DNA of 64,000 bases from an uncultured Pseudobdellovibrionaceae bacterium (GCA_964453895.1 CAYVRZ010000001.1:124170-188169), one strand, 5' to 3'. Positions 17,296 through 27,144 are shown, numbered from the stretch's first letter. Notes: generated from the letters alone by a model not told the origin. A program made the numbers and translations.

Positions 17296-19077
17296 CTAAG
17301 GAGCGAAAAACTCCGGTTCGGTGAGCCACCGTTGGGCTTCGTTATTGGCTGGTTCGGTTACGGATGCCGCTGGAAGGTTTTTGAGATTCTTAACGAGGAA
17401 GCAATTGGTTTCGATGTAAAACGGGCTTGCGACAGTTTGCATTCCCATCCCGCCAAAACCGAATCCTCCATTCATAATGACATGACGACCGCGGGACACA
17501 AACCAGCGAGCCATGGGCTCCATTTCGCGCAGCTCTCGAATCAGATCTCCAGACTTTGCCGTCACGCACAGCCGTGTGTCGGGGTGGAGCGGTCCGTTTC
17601 TTTGAGCATAGGCCAGCGCGCTCGCCAGCAGCTCTTTGGCCGAACCGGTGAATTTTTTGTCGGGTGCAATCTCAAGTGCGCGGTGGCTGTATAAGAAATT
17701 TCGCAGTGGAATCAGATCGCCGCGATTCGAGCGAGTGCCCTGGATCTGAATTTCTGCGTGAAAAGTTTGGGTATCGGGATGCTTCCCCGTATGGGTAATC
17801 AGATCGCGATCTTCCATGGGAAGTTCGACACCGGAGTTGAAGTCACGCAGCTGAATTTTCGATTCGCCGATTTTTAACTTGGCATCAGCCTGGGTCCGCG
17901 CCGCGAAGAGCATCTTCATGGCCGCGATTCCGGAAATTTTTCCTTCAGATTCGCGCACAATTTCTGCGACTTCACCGGAATAGGTTTCTGGTGGATAGCG
18001 GCGCAAAAATTCACTCAAAGGTCCGTACAGGCAGCGCTCCGCCGGTTTGTCTTTATATTTTGAAAAATCCTTCATGCCGAACTTAGATCGGAACAGTCTC
18101 GCGTGAACCGCATCCAACGCATGAGCAAACACGAAGGCGTCCTCAATTTTCCCGCCTAAGGCCAAAACTTCCCAATACGCCTGGTAGGCCATCGCGCGCA
18201 GGGTCTCCTCATAGGCCCCGCTCATCGCCTGGCCAGCGCGGCCCACTTCCCAAATGTACTTGTACTTCGAGCGGTCGATTTTTACTTCAAGATCGTCGTC
18301 CTCAGAAGGAATTAGGTACGTCTTGCGGCCTAGATCTTGTCCGGAGATCAGCCACGACACGGCCACTTTGACTTCATAAATCGGATCCGGCTTGGGTTCC
18401 ACGTACGGCGGACTCTCTTTACCGTCTTTATCAAAAGGAGACCAAAGTAGGCTGTGATCAAAATAAGATTGGTAGGTGCTCCACGCATTGCCGCGGGTGT
18501 CGAGGCGCGCACCTTCTGGCACTTTTCCGTATTTGATTTTCAGTTCACTCGCGGGCAACACTTCGTTCGCTTCAAACAATGTCACTTGGTTTGGATGAAG
18601 ATTGTGCGAGTTCTGAACGAAGTTACGGCGGCTTCCGGCATCGAGATAATTGATTTTTTCCATGAGCTTCAGCGAGTAGTATTGTAGCCGCTCGAAAACT
18701 ACATCGCCTTCGCCATTTGATGCTTTTTCATCGCGCAGCGGATTCATATACTTCAAGTAAGCATCGGTGAACTGGCGCTCGGCAGTCTCTCCTGCCACAA
18801 CGTAATTTCCATTTTCATGGGCCCAGCCAATAATTCCGCGCCGATAGGACTCTCCGTCGTTAGACATCTCTAAATTCATATGCTGAACGGAATTGAAGTT
18901 GGGCTGACCGTAGTAACGCCATACGCTTAGATTCACGCGAGGACGTGCGCCCTGGGCCAGCTCGGCTTGGCAGTCCTTTGTGGGGACTGGAATTTCTGGC
19001 TGCGTGGGAGCGGCGACCGATTGCGCGTTTACAAGCGCAAAAAGGCCAACCAGACTCCATTTAAACATTTTGAGCAT
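17296..19077 (-). CDS. Large hypothetical secreted protein
   Basis: Internal Met at 19077 gives MLKMFKWSLVGLFALVNAQSVAAP (signal peptide). About 590 aa with no recognisable motif. Confidence 0.5.
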   Translation of the reverse strand: MLKMFKWSLVGLFALVNAQSVAAPTQPEIPVPTKDCQAELAQGARPRVNLSVWRYYGQPNFNSVQHMNLEMSNDGESYRRGIIGWAHENGNYVVAGETAERQFTDAYLKYMNPLRDEKASNGEGDVVFERLQYYSLKLMEKINYLDAGSRRNFVQNSHNLHPNQVTLFEANEVLPASELKIKYGKVPEGARLDTRGNAWSTYQSYFDHSLLWSPFDKDGKESPPYVEPKPDPIYEVKVAVSWLISGQDLGRKTYLIPSEDDDLEVKIDRSKYKYIWEVGRAGQAMSGAYEETLRAMAYQAYWEVLALGGKIEDAFVFAHALDAVHARLFRSKFGMKDFSKYKDKPAERCLYGPLSEFLRRYPPETYSGEVAEIVRESEGKISGIAAMKMLFAARTQADAKLKIGESKIQLRDFNSGVELPMEDRDLITHTGKHPDTQTFHAEIQIQGTRSNRGDLIPLRNFLYSHRALEIAPDKKFTGSAKELLASALAYAQRNGPLHPDTRLCVTAKSGDLIRELREMEPMARWFVSRGRHVIMNGGFGFGGMGMQTVASPFYIETNCFLVKNLKNLPAASVTEPANNEAQRWLTEPEFFAP

Positions 19078-19442
19078 ATATGAGGTGGGACTAGAGCAAG
19101 GCGGGTGCCAGAAAGCCACCCGCCCAGAGCTCACGAGAATGGTCCTTGCCGACTCTTACGTGCGAGCATTGGTAGAAAATGCGCACGCAACCCTTTTTGA
19201 GTTTGTATTTTTTTAGTCAGCCAAATCCGTGAACTTGGCTTGAGCCCTATAACTATTCATCGAGATGATTAATGACTGAGCACATTAATTGGCGCGGCTC
19301 AAGAAGTGCGCAACAGCATTCTTTGGCAAATTTATCAAATTTTTGACAATTTTTCGTAAAGATATAGAACCAAATCCTAACCATTCTCAAACAATCGGCA
19401 CATCACGTGTCTGATCTGTAAAAACAACCTTGGGGGGTGTAA

Positions 19443-19871
19443 ATGAGAAAATTAGTTCTTTTGATCGCGCTGGTTATGAGCTCGGTCAATGCATGGGCAT
19501 TTAACGCTGAAGAATTCTGGAAAGAACTCGCGGACCGTGGTCCGGGTTGGGAAGAAGATTTCTGGCGTGAGCTGGCCGAGCGCGGCCCCGACTGGAGAGA
19601 AGATTTCTGGCGCGAGCTGGCCGAGCGCGGCCCCGACTGGAGAGAAGATTTCTGGCGTGAGCTGGCCGAGCGCGGCCCCGACTGGAGAGAAGATTTCTGG
19701 CGCGAGCTGGCAGAGCGTGGACCGGACTGGAGAGAAGACTTCTGGCGTGAAATGGCCGAGCGCGGCCCCGACTGGGCAGAAGATTTTTGGCGTGAGCTAG
19801 CCGAGCGCGGCCCCGACTGGGCAGAAGATTTCTGGCGCGAACTCGCTGAACGCGGCCCTGGTCACAACTAA
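19443..19871 (+). CDS. Secreted tandem-repeat protein (8 x 15-aa EDFWRELAERGPDWR units)
   Basis: Signal peptide MRKLVLLIALVMSSVNAWA; then eight near-identical 15-aa units encoded by 45-bp DNA repeats. Confidence 0.6.
   Translation: MRKLVLLIALVMSSVNAWAFNAEEFWKELADRGPGWEEDFWRELAERGPDWREDFWRELAERGPDWREDFWRELAERGPDWREDFWRELAERGPDWREDFWREMAERGPDWAEDFWRELAERGPDWAEDFWRELAERGPGHN
19509..19868 (+). repeat. 45-bp tandem DNA repeat, 8 copies, in-frame inside the CDS
   Basis: Unit gaagatttctggcgYgagctggccgagcgcggccccgactggaga repeats almost perfectly, with synonymous wobble changes between copies. Confidence 0.85.
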
Positions 19872-19892
19872 TTATTTAGAATCGAATCATTT

Positions 19893-19926
19893 AAAAGACC
19901 GGCCCCAAGCCGGTCTTTTTTTATTG
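19893..19926. terminator. Bidirectional intrinsic terminator between convergent genes
   Basis: aaaa-gaccggc-cccaa-gccggtc-ttttttt: 7-bp GC stem with an A-run on one side and a T-run on the other. Confidence 0.7.
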
Positions 19927-21666
19927 TAGCGAGCGCTCGATTACAGCCCTAAGATCAGCGTTTTTGTTTAAGATGTCATTGATAGTTAAATGATGTTTAA
20001 AGGCTTGATCTGGAACTAGCGGGCGATTCTCCAAAATTTGATCTTCGATACTTTCAAATGGCAAAAGCTCCCCGCTTGTCACGGTTGCAGGCAGAATTCC
20101 AAACAGCGTGTTAGGTATGCGCAGGTGAAGCGAGCCATAGATTTCGTCTTTCCAACCCGAAGTAATCGGGGCAAATGCATTGTGAAACATCATTCCGCCA
20201 GTGCCATTGGTCGCCGTGCCGACAAAGCGGGTATTGGGGCGGTTCTTCAGCAGTCCGACCATTATTTCACATCCGCTGATGCAGTACTCAGAGATAATCA
20301 CAGTCATCGGCAGACTAAATCCGGCCTCAGTCGGCGCGCTTAAATTTCGTTCGGGAATGGCCGGTATGTGGACCATCCGATTCGTCTCGGCTTCAATCAC
20401 TGCACGGTAAAAGCGGTCGCCAGAAAACTCAGACCAAGGTTTCAACGGGAACTCAGGACCCAAGTTGAAGACATCAAACGCCTGGCGCAGGTGGTAGGTG
20501 AAGCGGCCCGTGGTGAATGCGGAAGGGACTTCGATTCCTGGCGGGAGAAAAGCCCTGGCATCGTCATGGGGCACGACAAAATCGCCGCCAGGATTGCGCC
20601 GCAGATCAAGCACCATGGGCGCGTCGATTTTTTGGCAAGCCTTTAGGAATTTTGCGATCTCCGTTGCGCGATCTAAGGTGTCTCGCGGGCGCCCGGTCAT
20701 GCGAACTTTCACCGCCGTCGAGTTGAGCATTTGCAAATAGCAATTTCGCTTATTGTTCAGGTTCATAAAACCCAGCCGCATCGCGGTCGAGCCAGAGTCG
20801 GTGGTGTAGGTGAGACCCTCTTCATCGGCCAAAGACAAGCGCTCGTCGTAGCCAACGTAGCCGTCATCCAATCCGTCGGCCGCACGCCTGCGGTCGATCT
20901 TCAGAGCGGGAAGGCTGCTCAGTCCGAGGCGAGAGAATAGGTAATCTCGAATGTCCTGCCGGAGTGCGACCGGATGAACGAACCACTTGAGCGAGGCGGA
21001 AGTGCCGTCGGCGAACTCAAGCTGAACGGTTGCTCGATTGGGATAAACAAAATCGCGCAGGGTCAGGGCACGTACAGCCAGCACGCGAACGAACTCCTGT
21101 GACGAGCCACTGACAAACTCCGCGAGCGATCGAATCGCTTCTTCAATGGGCCGGCCGTCCACCTTTACGACTTCAGAGCCCAACTTCAAGTGGGTCGTGA
21201 CCTCGGCGCCGTTGAGATTTAAAACTTTTGGGTCGAGTCCCGCGACGATCACCTTTGAACCAACGGGCCTTAGGGCCACCCCAGAAACCACATAAGGCCG
21301 CGGCGTTTGCCCGCGGGCGGCGAGATGTGAATCTTGAAAGGGCGCGAGACATTTTAATACGCGGTCCTCAAAACCCAATAGAGTTCGGTCTTCAATTGCG
21401 GCCTCAATAGCGATGCAAGAATCCAAATGAAGGAGACCGTCAAATTTTAGCCGCGCTTTTTTTAACGAGAGGAGCGAGTACTTTTGCGTGAAGGCGAGCT
21501 TGATATCCTCCATGATTCGCGTTCGCACCATTGGCGTTAGCCCGGCCGCAGAAAGCTCCGTGCCGTGGGCAGGCCCACCCCAAAAAAGACCCATTGAAAT
21601 GGCGATGGATAAAAGCAAAATAGTGACCCCCGGTTTCGGCCTAAAGCCGCAAGACAGAGATGTCAT
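19921..21666 (-). CDS. S41-family (C-terminal processing / tail-specific) peptidase-like secreted protein
   Basis: VLDLRRNPGGDF matches the S41 signature (iDLRnNpGG); downstream ISGCEIMVGLL...GTATNGTGG sits where S41 has SASASEifa...TFGKG. Start set at Met 21666 (MTSLSCGFRPKPGVTILLLSIAISMGLFWGGPAHG) so it does not overlap the divergent gene. Confidence 0.5.
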   Translation of the reverse strand: MTSLSCGFRPKPGVTILLLSIAISMGLFWGGPAHGTELSAAGLTPMVRTRIMEDIKLAFTQKYSLLSLKKARLKFDGLLHLDSCIAIEAAIEDRTLLGFEDRVLKCLAPFQDSHLAARGQTPRPYVVSGVALRPVGSKVIVAGLDPKVLNLNGAEVTTHLKLGSEVVKVDGRPIEEAIRSLAEFVSGSSQEFVRVLAVRALTLRDFVYPNRATVQLEFADGTSASLKWFVHPVALRQDIRDYLFSRLGLSSLPALKIDRRRAADGLDDGYVGYDERLSLADEEGLTYTTDSGSTAMRLGFMNLNNKRNCYLQMLNSTAVKVRMTGRPRDTLDRATEIAKFLKACQKIDAPMVLDLRRNPGGDFVVPHDDARAFLPPGIEVPSAFTTGRFTYHLRQAFDVFNLGPEFPLKPWSEFSGDRFYRAVIEAETNRMVHIPAIPERNLSAPTEAGFSLPMTVIISEYCISGCEIMVGLLKNRPNTRFVGTATNGTGGMMFHNAFAPITSGWKDEIYGSLHLRIPNTLFGILPATVTSGELLPFESIEDQILENRPLVPDQAFKHHLTINDILNKNADLRAVIERSLQ

Positions 21667-21773
21667 CGACTCCGCCAGGCTGGCAAGTAAAAGGTGACCG
21701 AAATGTCGATAAATACCTTTCCTTTTTTCAGCGCCCATATCCAATCGCCTAGTCCTCAGGTACACAGCCTGAA

Positions 21774-22685
21774 ATGCGCATAGTTCTGCTACTTTCTTTA
21801 CTCCTGCCCGGTGGGCAGTTGAACGCGATATCGCTAACGTCGGCTCAGTCCACACGGCTATGTGAAACGCTATTGCAAACGGCCAAGGCCGACGTGGCTT
21901 TGCCGCTCAACCCGCGGGTGATTGGCCGGGCGCTTGAGTACATTTATTCGGTAAAAATCTTGAAGCCTGGGCAAAAAAATATGCCGCTTGCGGATCGTGA
22001 ACTGCAAGCCTATTTGGCGCGCACGATTCAGCTGCTCAAACTTCACCCAGAACCGGAGGTGCGCGAGATCGGCCGAAATTTTTCGCCCATCTCTATGCGC
22101 CCGGTTCCACGCGTGCAGGTTGTGAACAAAGAAAATCTTCCACACGGTGAAGTCGCCGACATCGAAGCGCACTTGCAAAATGAGTTGAGCAAGTTGCCGC
22201 AGGGCTTGCTTCAGCTTTCGAACCTAGGCGGGCGCTCTCTTTTTGTTACATTCGGCGCCATCACCCAAGCGCCGATGATGGCTCCATATAAAGGCGTTGT
22301 GCCCAGAGGTTGGAAAAAGCCGTGGGACGAAATTCCCGGCGCTGGCGGCGGACGAATGGGCGCCGTGGTCAATGCGAATAAACTTCCCCGCGGGCCCGAG
22401 AGCCATGGCTCCGAGAATCTAACGCTTCATGAGGTTTTACATAATCTCGACTATGCCTGCGATGATTTGACGGGCCGCCCTCTATCATCGCAACCGGAAT
22501 TCCTGCGGATTTGGCGGAACATGTATTATCGCGAGCTCGATAACTATATGCGCTCCTATCCCGAAGAATCTTTCGCCGAATTTGGCACTTGGTACTATCA
22601 CTCTCCGCAGAGCCGCGAAGCGCTTCGCGATTTGTACCCGCAGTGGTTCGCATATTTTAATAATCTCAAAGACTGCGCCAGCTAA
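21774..22685 (+). CDS. Secreted zinc metalloprotease, anthrax-lethal-factor-like (HExxH ... EESFAEF)
   Basis: Signal peptide MRIVLLLSLLLPGGQLNA; HEVLHNLDY (HExxHxxD) then PEESFAEFGTWYY about 50 aa downstream, mirroring LF HEFGHAVD...NEAEFFAEAF (third zinc ligand Glu). Confidence 0.5.
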   Translation: MRIVLLLSLLLPGGQLNAISLTSAQSTRLCETLLQTAKADVALPLNPRVIGRALEYIYSVKILKPGQKNMPLADRELQAYLARTIQLLKLHPEPEVREIGRNFSPISMRPVPRVQVVNKENLPHGEVADIEAHLQNELSKLPQGLLQLSNLGGRSLFVTFGAITQAPMMAPYKGVVPRGWKKPWDEIPGAGGGRMGAVVNANKLPRGPESHGSENLTLHEVLHNLDYACDDLTGRPLSSQPEFLRIWRNMYYRELDNYMRSYPEESFAEFGTWYYHSPQSREALRDLYPQWFAYFNNLKDCAS

Positions 22686-23752
22686 TCATAAAGCGCGCCG
22701 TTATTCAGTGCCGTGCCGCCAGCTCCGGCTCCGCCCCATACCAACATTTGTGTGCCGGTCCAAATTGCGGTGTGGCCTTGGCGCGCACTTGGTGCGCCGG
22801 CTGTGGACGTGGGCGACCATAGTTGATCGGCGGCCTCAAATACCGAACCCGTAGCGAGTAGACCCGCGCCTTGCCCGCCCCAAATAACCATCTTTGAACC
22901 TGTCCACACCGCCGAGTGAAGATTGCGCGCCGAGGGGCCGCCAATGCCCAGCAGTGATGACCATAAATTGATCATTGGATTGTAAAACAAAATTGAATTG
23001 GTGCCTGCGGCTGGAGTGGCGACGATGTTGTTGCCTCCCCAAATCATCGCGCTGGTACCGTTCGCCACTCCGCTACCGCCGGTGCGACCAGCGGGCAAAG
23101 TTCCTGTGAGTGGGGCCCAAGTGTTGGTGGCTGGGTCATATGTGGCGCCAGTGTTGGTCACCTGATTGGCCATGCCGACTAAATGCGTGCCTCCCCAAAT
23201 CAACATCTTGCCCGCGGTCCAAGCCGCAGCATGACCGAAGCGGGCCGTGGGTGCGAGCGCGGCCGACATGGGCTCCCAAATGTCGGTCACCGGATCGTAA
23301 ATTGCGCCGTCGCCGCGCAAACCATTCGCTAAGCTTGAGCCGCCCCAAATAATCATTCGGTTTCCGGTCCACACGGCCGTGTGCCCACTGCGCGCCGACG
23401 GCGCATTCACGGTCGAAATCGGCGACCACTGTCCGGTCAAAGGGTTGTAAGAAAATCCATCGTTGAGCGCCTCGAGATTGACTCCGGGAACTCCGCCAAA
23501 AATGATCATGCGAGTGCCGGTCCACACGGCCGAATGGGCGGATCGTGCCGCGGGCGGATTGATCTGATTGAGCGGCGACCAAACATTGTTCAGCGGTGAT
23601 GGCGGTGGGCCAGGCGGTGGTCCAAGCGGATCGGCGACCGATGCTAGGTTCAACACTTTACCGTGTTGGGCCTTCAGTTCTCCGCAATTTTGAAAAAGAA
23701 AAAGCAGCGAAAAGGTTGCCGCAGAAGTTGTGAAAACCCAGATGTGATGCAT
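22682..23752 (-). CDS. Kelch-repeat beta-propeller protein, probable lipoprotein
   Basis: ATG at 23752 with GGAGAGG SD; MHHIWVFTTSAATFSLLFLFQNC; six or more repeats of SARS.H(S/T)AVWTG..M(I/L)(I/V)(F/W)GG, the Kelch motif. Confidence 0.75.
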   Translation of the reverse strand: MHHIWVFTTSAATFSLLFLFQNCGELKAQHGKVLNLASVADPLGPPPGPPPSPLNNVWSPLNQINPPAARSAHSAVWTGTRMIIFGGVPGVNLEALNDGFSYNPLTGQWSPISTVNAPSARSGHTAVWTGNRMIIWGGSSLANGLRGDGAIYDPVTDIWEPMSAALAPTARFGHAAAWTAGKMLIWGGTHLVGMANQVTNTGATYDPATNTWAPLTGTLPAGRTGGSGVANGTSAMIWGGNNIVATPAAGTNSILFYNPMINLWSSLLGIGGPSARNLHSAVWTGSKMVIWGGQGAGLLATGSVFEAADQLWSPTSTAGAPSARQGHTAIWTGTQMLVWGGAGAGGTALNNGALYD

Positions 23753-23929
23753 AGACCTCTCCAACGAGGTCCCTAACCCGAGAATATATAGAGCAAGTGA
23801 CGTGCCCTCTCGCAGGCATTTACCGAGAGAGCGCTGTAAACGGCAAATACGCTGTTTACAAGTTCATCGCGGAGTGGATCAAAGTGATACGCTAGTACTG
23901 GGCTTCGACTAAGCTGCGATTATAAAATA

Positions 23930-26077
23930 TCATTGATCAGCAATTGATCGTCTAATTTTGAAGTGACGCACGGGACTCCAATTGGAGACTTTCGCGTCGC
24001 TCGATTCCGCCCGGACGCGCCAGAATATATCGTCGGAGTTAATCCATTTCGACCGATACTGAATTTCACTAGCTTCGGTACGGCGGCGAATCGGAGATCC
24101 GAAGTTTAGATCTGGCGAGAACTCAACCATGTATCCGGAAGCACCCTGCACTTTTGACCAAGATACATCCACCGGAACGCCTTTTACTCTTTGCAGACGG
24201 GTCGCATGAATTGGTTTAAGTGGAGCCGGGATCGGAAATTGCGAGTTCAGCTCGAAATTGGGCAGACTCGAAAGAGATCGCTCATTTTCAAGATTGGGCT
24301 CTTCTTTTGTTCTTGAAATCGATAGTCCGCGCGGCTCACTCCATTGGCGGGCGACGGCGGGAGATTCAGTCCGCACGCGCCAGAAGTATTTTCCTTTGGG
24401 AATGGTAACCGCCAGCCATTTGCAGTCGACAAGTTCTTGTTCCGAAAAAATTTCTTTAAAGGAAACATATCGGCTTATTTGCACTCGATACGATTTCGCG
24501 CCGGGATGGCATTCCCAGGTAAAATCAATGATGACAATCCGATTGTCCGAGGTCTCAGGAACAGCAATATTCTCGTCGGGTGGCGGCTTGAGAAGTTTGG
24601 GTGCCATGTAGGTCCATACTTGAAATTGGAACGGCATCGAGTATTTAGAATCTTTAGCAAGCCTCCAATAATATTTTCCATCTCTCGGCCGGGCGATTTC
24701 AGCGGAATCGCCAGCGACTCGATGTCGCTCGGGCATTCGAAAGTCCGGATGAGAATCTATTTCTAGCACAGCGCCTTGATCCAACCTGGGTGCCCATTTC
24801 AATTTGACATTTTCCTTACCGCCTAGCCAGATTTCTGATTCATTTAAGGCAGAAACTTTTTTCATTTCGAATACTGACTTTGAGTTAGGTTTGCTGTTTA
24901 GAAAAACGAAGCCTCCGATGCCAATAACTGCGACCGTCATAACGGCAAATGCTGTGATGGGCGCTTTCCTGGATTCACGCGGAATGATTTGGCGCTGTTG
25001 AATTCGCATCCCCATAGGAAACCGAACTTGATCGAGTGCTTCGTGAACGGCGCGAATGTCAATTTTTACCGTCGTATCTGGATCAATAAATTGAGTTTTA
25101 TCATCTACGCCGGAGCTTGGGCCCAGCCGAGCCTTGGCGAGCTGAGCAGAAACCGCAAGCACTCGCCTGGCGGCAATAGAAGATACTTTAGCCTTAGCTA
25201 TCATGTCTTTGACCAATGTCAGATTTTCTACTGTCTGTGCGAGTGCGGCCAGGGCCATAGTTCCGGACTCCAGGCGCCCTTCAGAAAGTCGCTCGAATTC
25301 GATTTCGGCTTCGGCGGCGGTAGAAAATCGGTCCTCGGGTTTGGGAGCGCAAAGACGGGTAATAGCTTTTCTGAAGGGCATTGGGGTCCATGATTGGCTT
25401 TCTCGCGGATATTCAGTGGCATTCACGGATCCGCTTTTTGCGGCCAGGGATTGCCCACTGGTCGCTTCATAAAGTATTGCGCCTGCGGCCCAAAGATCTG
25501 TGCGGACGGTTGCAGGCATACCGTAGAAAATTTCAGGTGCCATATAAGAAAAGGTGCCGATCACCATTCCAGTTGAAGTCAGATCGGCCTGCCCAATTTG
25601 CTTTGCGATTCCGAGGTCGATAATTACCGCTCTTCCGTTGGGCTGCACAATGATGTTTTTAGGCGTGAGATCGCGATGGATGATTTTTTGCTCGTGTAAG
25701 GCCTTGAGTCCGCTCATTATTTGTACCGCAAGCGCAGCCGCTTCACTCGCGGAGAGGATATACTCCGACATTAAATCCCGAAGGACTACGCCTTCAATGT
25801 GCTCCATGGCGATATAATGGAGATTCTCGTGTTGCCCGATGGCAAAGAGAGAGACCACGTTATGATGGGAAACCTGAGAGAGCGCTTTTGCTTCAGTCAT
25901 AAAGCGCAACAAGGCTTCCTGCCCTGCGGCATCTGTGCGCTGGGCAATAACTTTAAGCGCGACTTTACGGCCGATAGGATGCTCGAGCGCTTCATACACT
26001 TCGCCCATACCACCGCGTCCAATGAGCCGGGTAACAGTATAGTTTTGAAACGTTGATCCGGATTTAAGTAGATCCAC
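23930..26077 (-). CDS. Membrane Hanks-type Ser/Thr protein kinase with extracellular FN3-like repeats
   Basis: Kinase motifs IGRGGMGEVY, VALKV, HRDLTPKN, DLG, APE; one TM (ITAFAVMTVAVIGIGGFVFL); C-terminal half has repeated W/Y-rich beta modules (FWRVR...WS.). Confidence 0.85.
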   Translation of the reverse strand: MDLLKSGSTFQNYTVTRLIGRGGMGEVYEALEHPIGRKVALKVIAQRTDAAGQEALLRFMTEAKALSQVSHHNVVSLFAIGQHENLHYIAMEHIEGVVLRDLMSEYILSASEAAALAVQIMSGLKALHEQKIIHRDLTPKNIIVQPNGRAVIIDLGIAKQIGQADLTSTGMVIGTFSYMAPEIFYGMPATVRTDLWAAGAILYEATSGQSLAAKSGSVNATEYPRESQSWTPMPFRKAITRLCAPKPEDRFSTAAEAEIEFERLSEGRLESGTMALAALAQTVENLTLVKDMIAKAKVSSIAARRVLAVSAQLAKARLGPSSGVDDKTQFIDPDTTVKIDIRAVHEALDQVRFPMGMRIQQRQIIPRESRKAPITAFAVMTVAVIGIGGFVFLNSKPNSKSVFEMKKVSALNESEIWLGGKENVKLKWAPRLDQGAVLEIDSHPDFRMPERHRVAGDSAEIARPRDGKYYWRLAKDSKYSMPFQFQVWTYMAPKLLKPPPDENIAVPETSDNRIVIIDFTWECHPGAKSYRVQISRYVSFKEIFSEQELVDCKWLAVTIPKGKYFWRVRTESPAVARQWSEPRGLSISRTKEEPNLENERSLSSLPNFELNSQFPIPAPLKPIHATRLQRVKGVPVDVSWSKVQGASGYMVEFSPDLNFGSPIRRRTEASEIQYRSKWINSDDIFWRVRAESSDAKVSNWSPVRHFKIRRSIADQ

Positions 26078-26196
26078 CAGTAGGTAGTTTCGGTACCGGA
26101 CAGTTAGAATTTTACTGTGCGAAAGTCCATGCTTTGACTTTGTCCTAGTCAGCCCAGTCTTTTGTCCCGGGAGGGGTTAACAACCGCAAGTTTCCC

Positions 26197-27144
26197 TCAA
26201 AACAACGCTTCGAACCCTGCCGGCGCGACCGGAGAATCTTTAAGTTGCTTGGCGCCGAGGGCGGGGTACATGATCAATGCGGTCTTTGAGGCCTTGGGTG
26301 CCGCCATTCCGCGCGAGAGAATCAAATCAAAATAGTTCATTTCAAATAGCGCGCTGGCGGCCCAGTCTACCGATTTTTTGTATCCCGAAACTGTGGTCTG
26401 GATGCCGCCGTCTTTCAGCAATTTAAACACCTCACGACCAAAACTTTTCTGCATCACCAAACACGACGAAAAATGCAGCGCCTTCATGTTTACCGCGTAT
26501 TTTAATCCCTCGGCCACCACCGAGGCGGGGATAATTTTACCTTCGACGGTCAGGCCGTCGGTCTCGCCATGCGAGGCGATCGAAACCACAACCGGTTCAG
26601 GCAAGAGCGCGATCTCTTCGAGCCGCGCTTTGAGGCTTGGCCCGTCGCTAAACTTGCGCCGCCGAACCTCGACATTTTGCGTGCGATCAAAAAATGCTTT
26701 TAACATATCGCCAAAGGCGTACTCGCGCTCGTCGAGCGACGACTCCCAATTGGCCTCTAAAACGACGAGCCACATTTTTCCCGGTTGCGGCTTAATCCGG
26801 GCGCCAACCCAGCCGTCCCATTTGTCCTGGCCCGCGGCCTTCCATTGGCCCGAAAAACTGTCTTGCCCTTTGGCGATTTCAAACCAACCTTCGCCATGGG
26901 CTTTTTTTTCTTTGTAAGTGAACTGCAGTTTGCCCGCTTTAATTTTGCCATCGAGCGAACACTTTTCGCCTTGCATGACATAAAAGCCTGACACCGAGTC
27001 GCCTTTTTGCACCAGCACCATGGGGCCAAAGCTTGTGGCCCAGAGGCCGCTATAGTTTTTTGTTTCGTTTTTCGTCTCGGCCAAGACCGAGACAGGAAAC
27101 GAGATTATAAAAATAATGATCAATGCCATTCGCGCCGTTATCAT
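26197..27144 (-). CDS. Secreted protein with C-terminal caspase-fold (clan CD-like His/Cys) domain
   Basis: Signal peptide; C-terminal VVVSIASHGETDG ... MKALHFSSCLVMQ gives hydrophobic strand + H-G and hydrophobic strand + C, the caspase/legumain/gingipain dyad arrangement. Confidence 0.35.
   Translation of the reverse strand: MITARMALIIIFIISFPVSVLAETKNETKNYSGLWATSFGPMVLVQKGDSVSGFYVMQGEKCSLDGKIKAGKLQFTYKEKKAHGEGWFEIAKGQDSFSGQWKAAGQDKWDGWVGARIKPQPGKMWLVVLEANWESSLDEREYAFGDMLKAFFDRTQNVEVRRRKFSDGPSLKARLEEIALLPEPVVVSIASHGETDGLTVEGKIIPASVVAEGLKYAVNMKALHFSSCLVMQKSFGREVFKLLKDGGIQTTVSGYKKSVDWAASALFEMNYFDLILSRGMAAPKASKTALIMYPALGAKQLKDSPVAPAGFEALF

Noticed and set aside
19342-19367. TTGACA ... TATAGA sigma70-like promoter upstream of the repeat-protein gene
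   Set aside because: Spacer is only 14 nt, so it is not a convincing -35/-10 pair.
19489-19800. Alternative-frame ORF inside the 45-bp repeat array
   Set aside because: Frame-shifted shadow generated by the repeats. The +1 frame from 19443 has the signal peptide and is the real gene.
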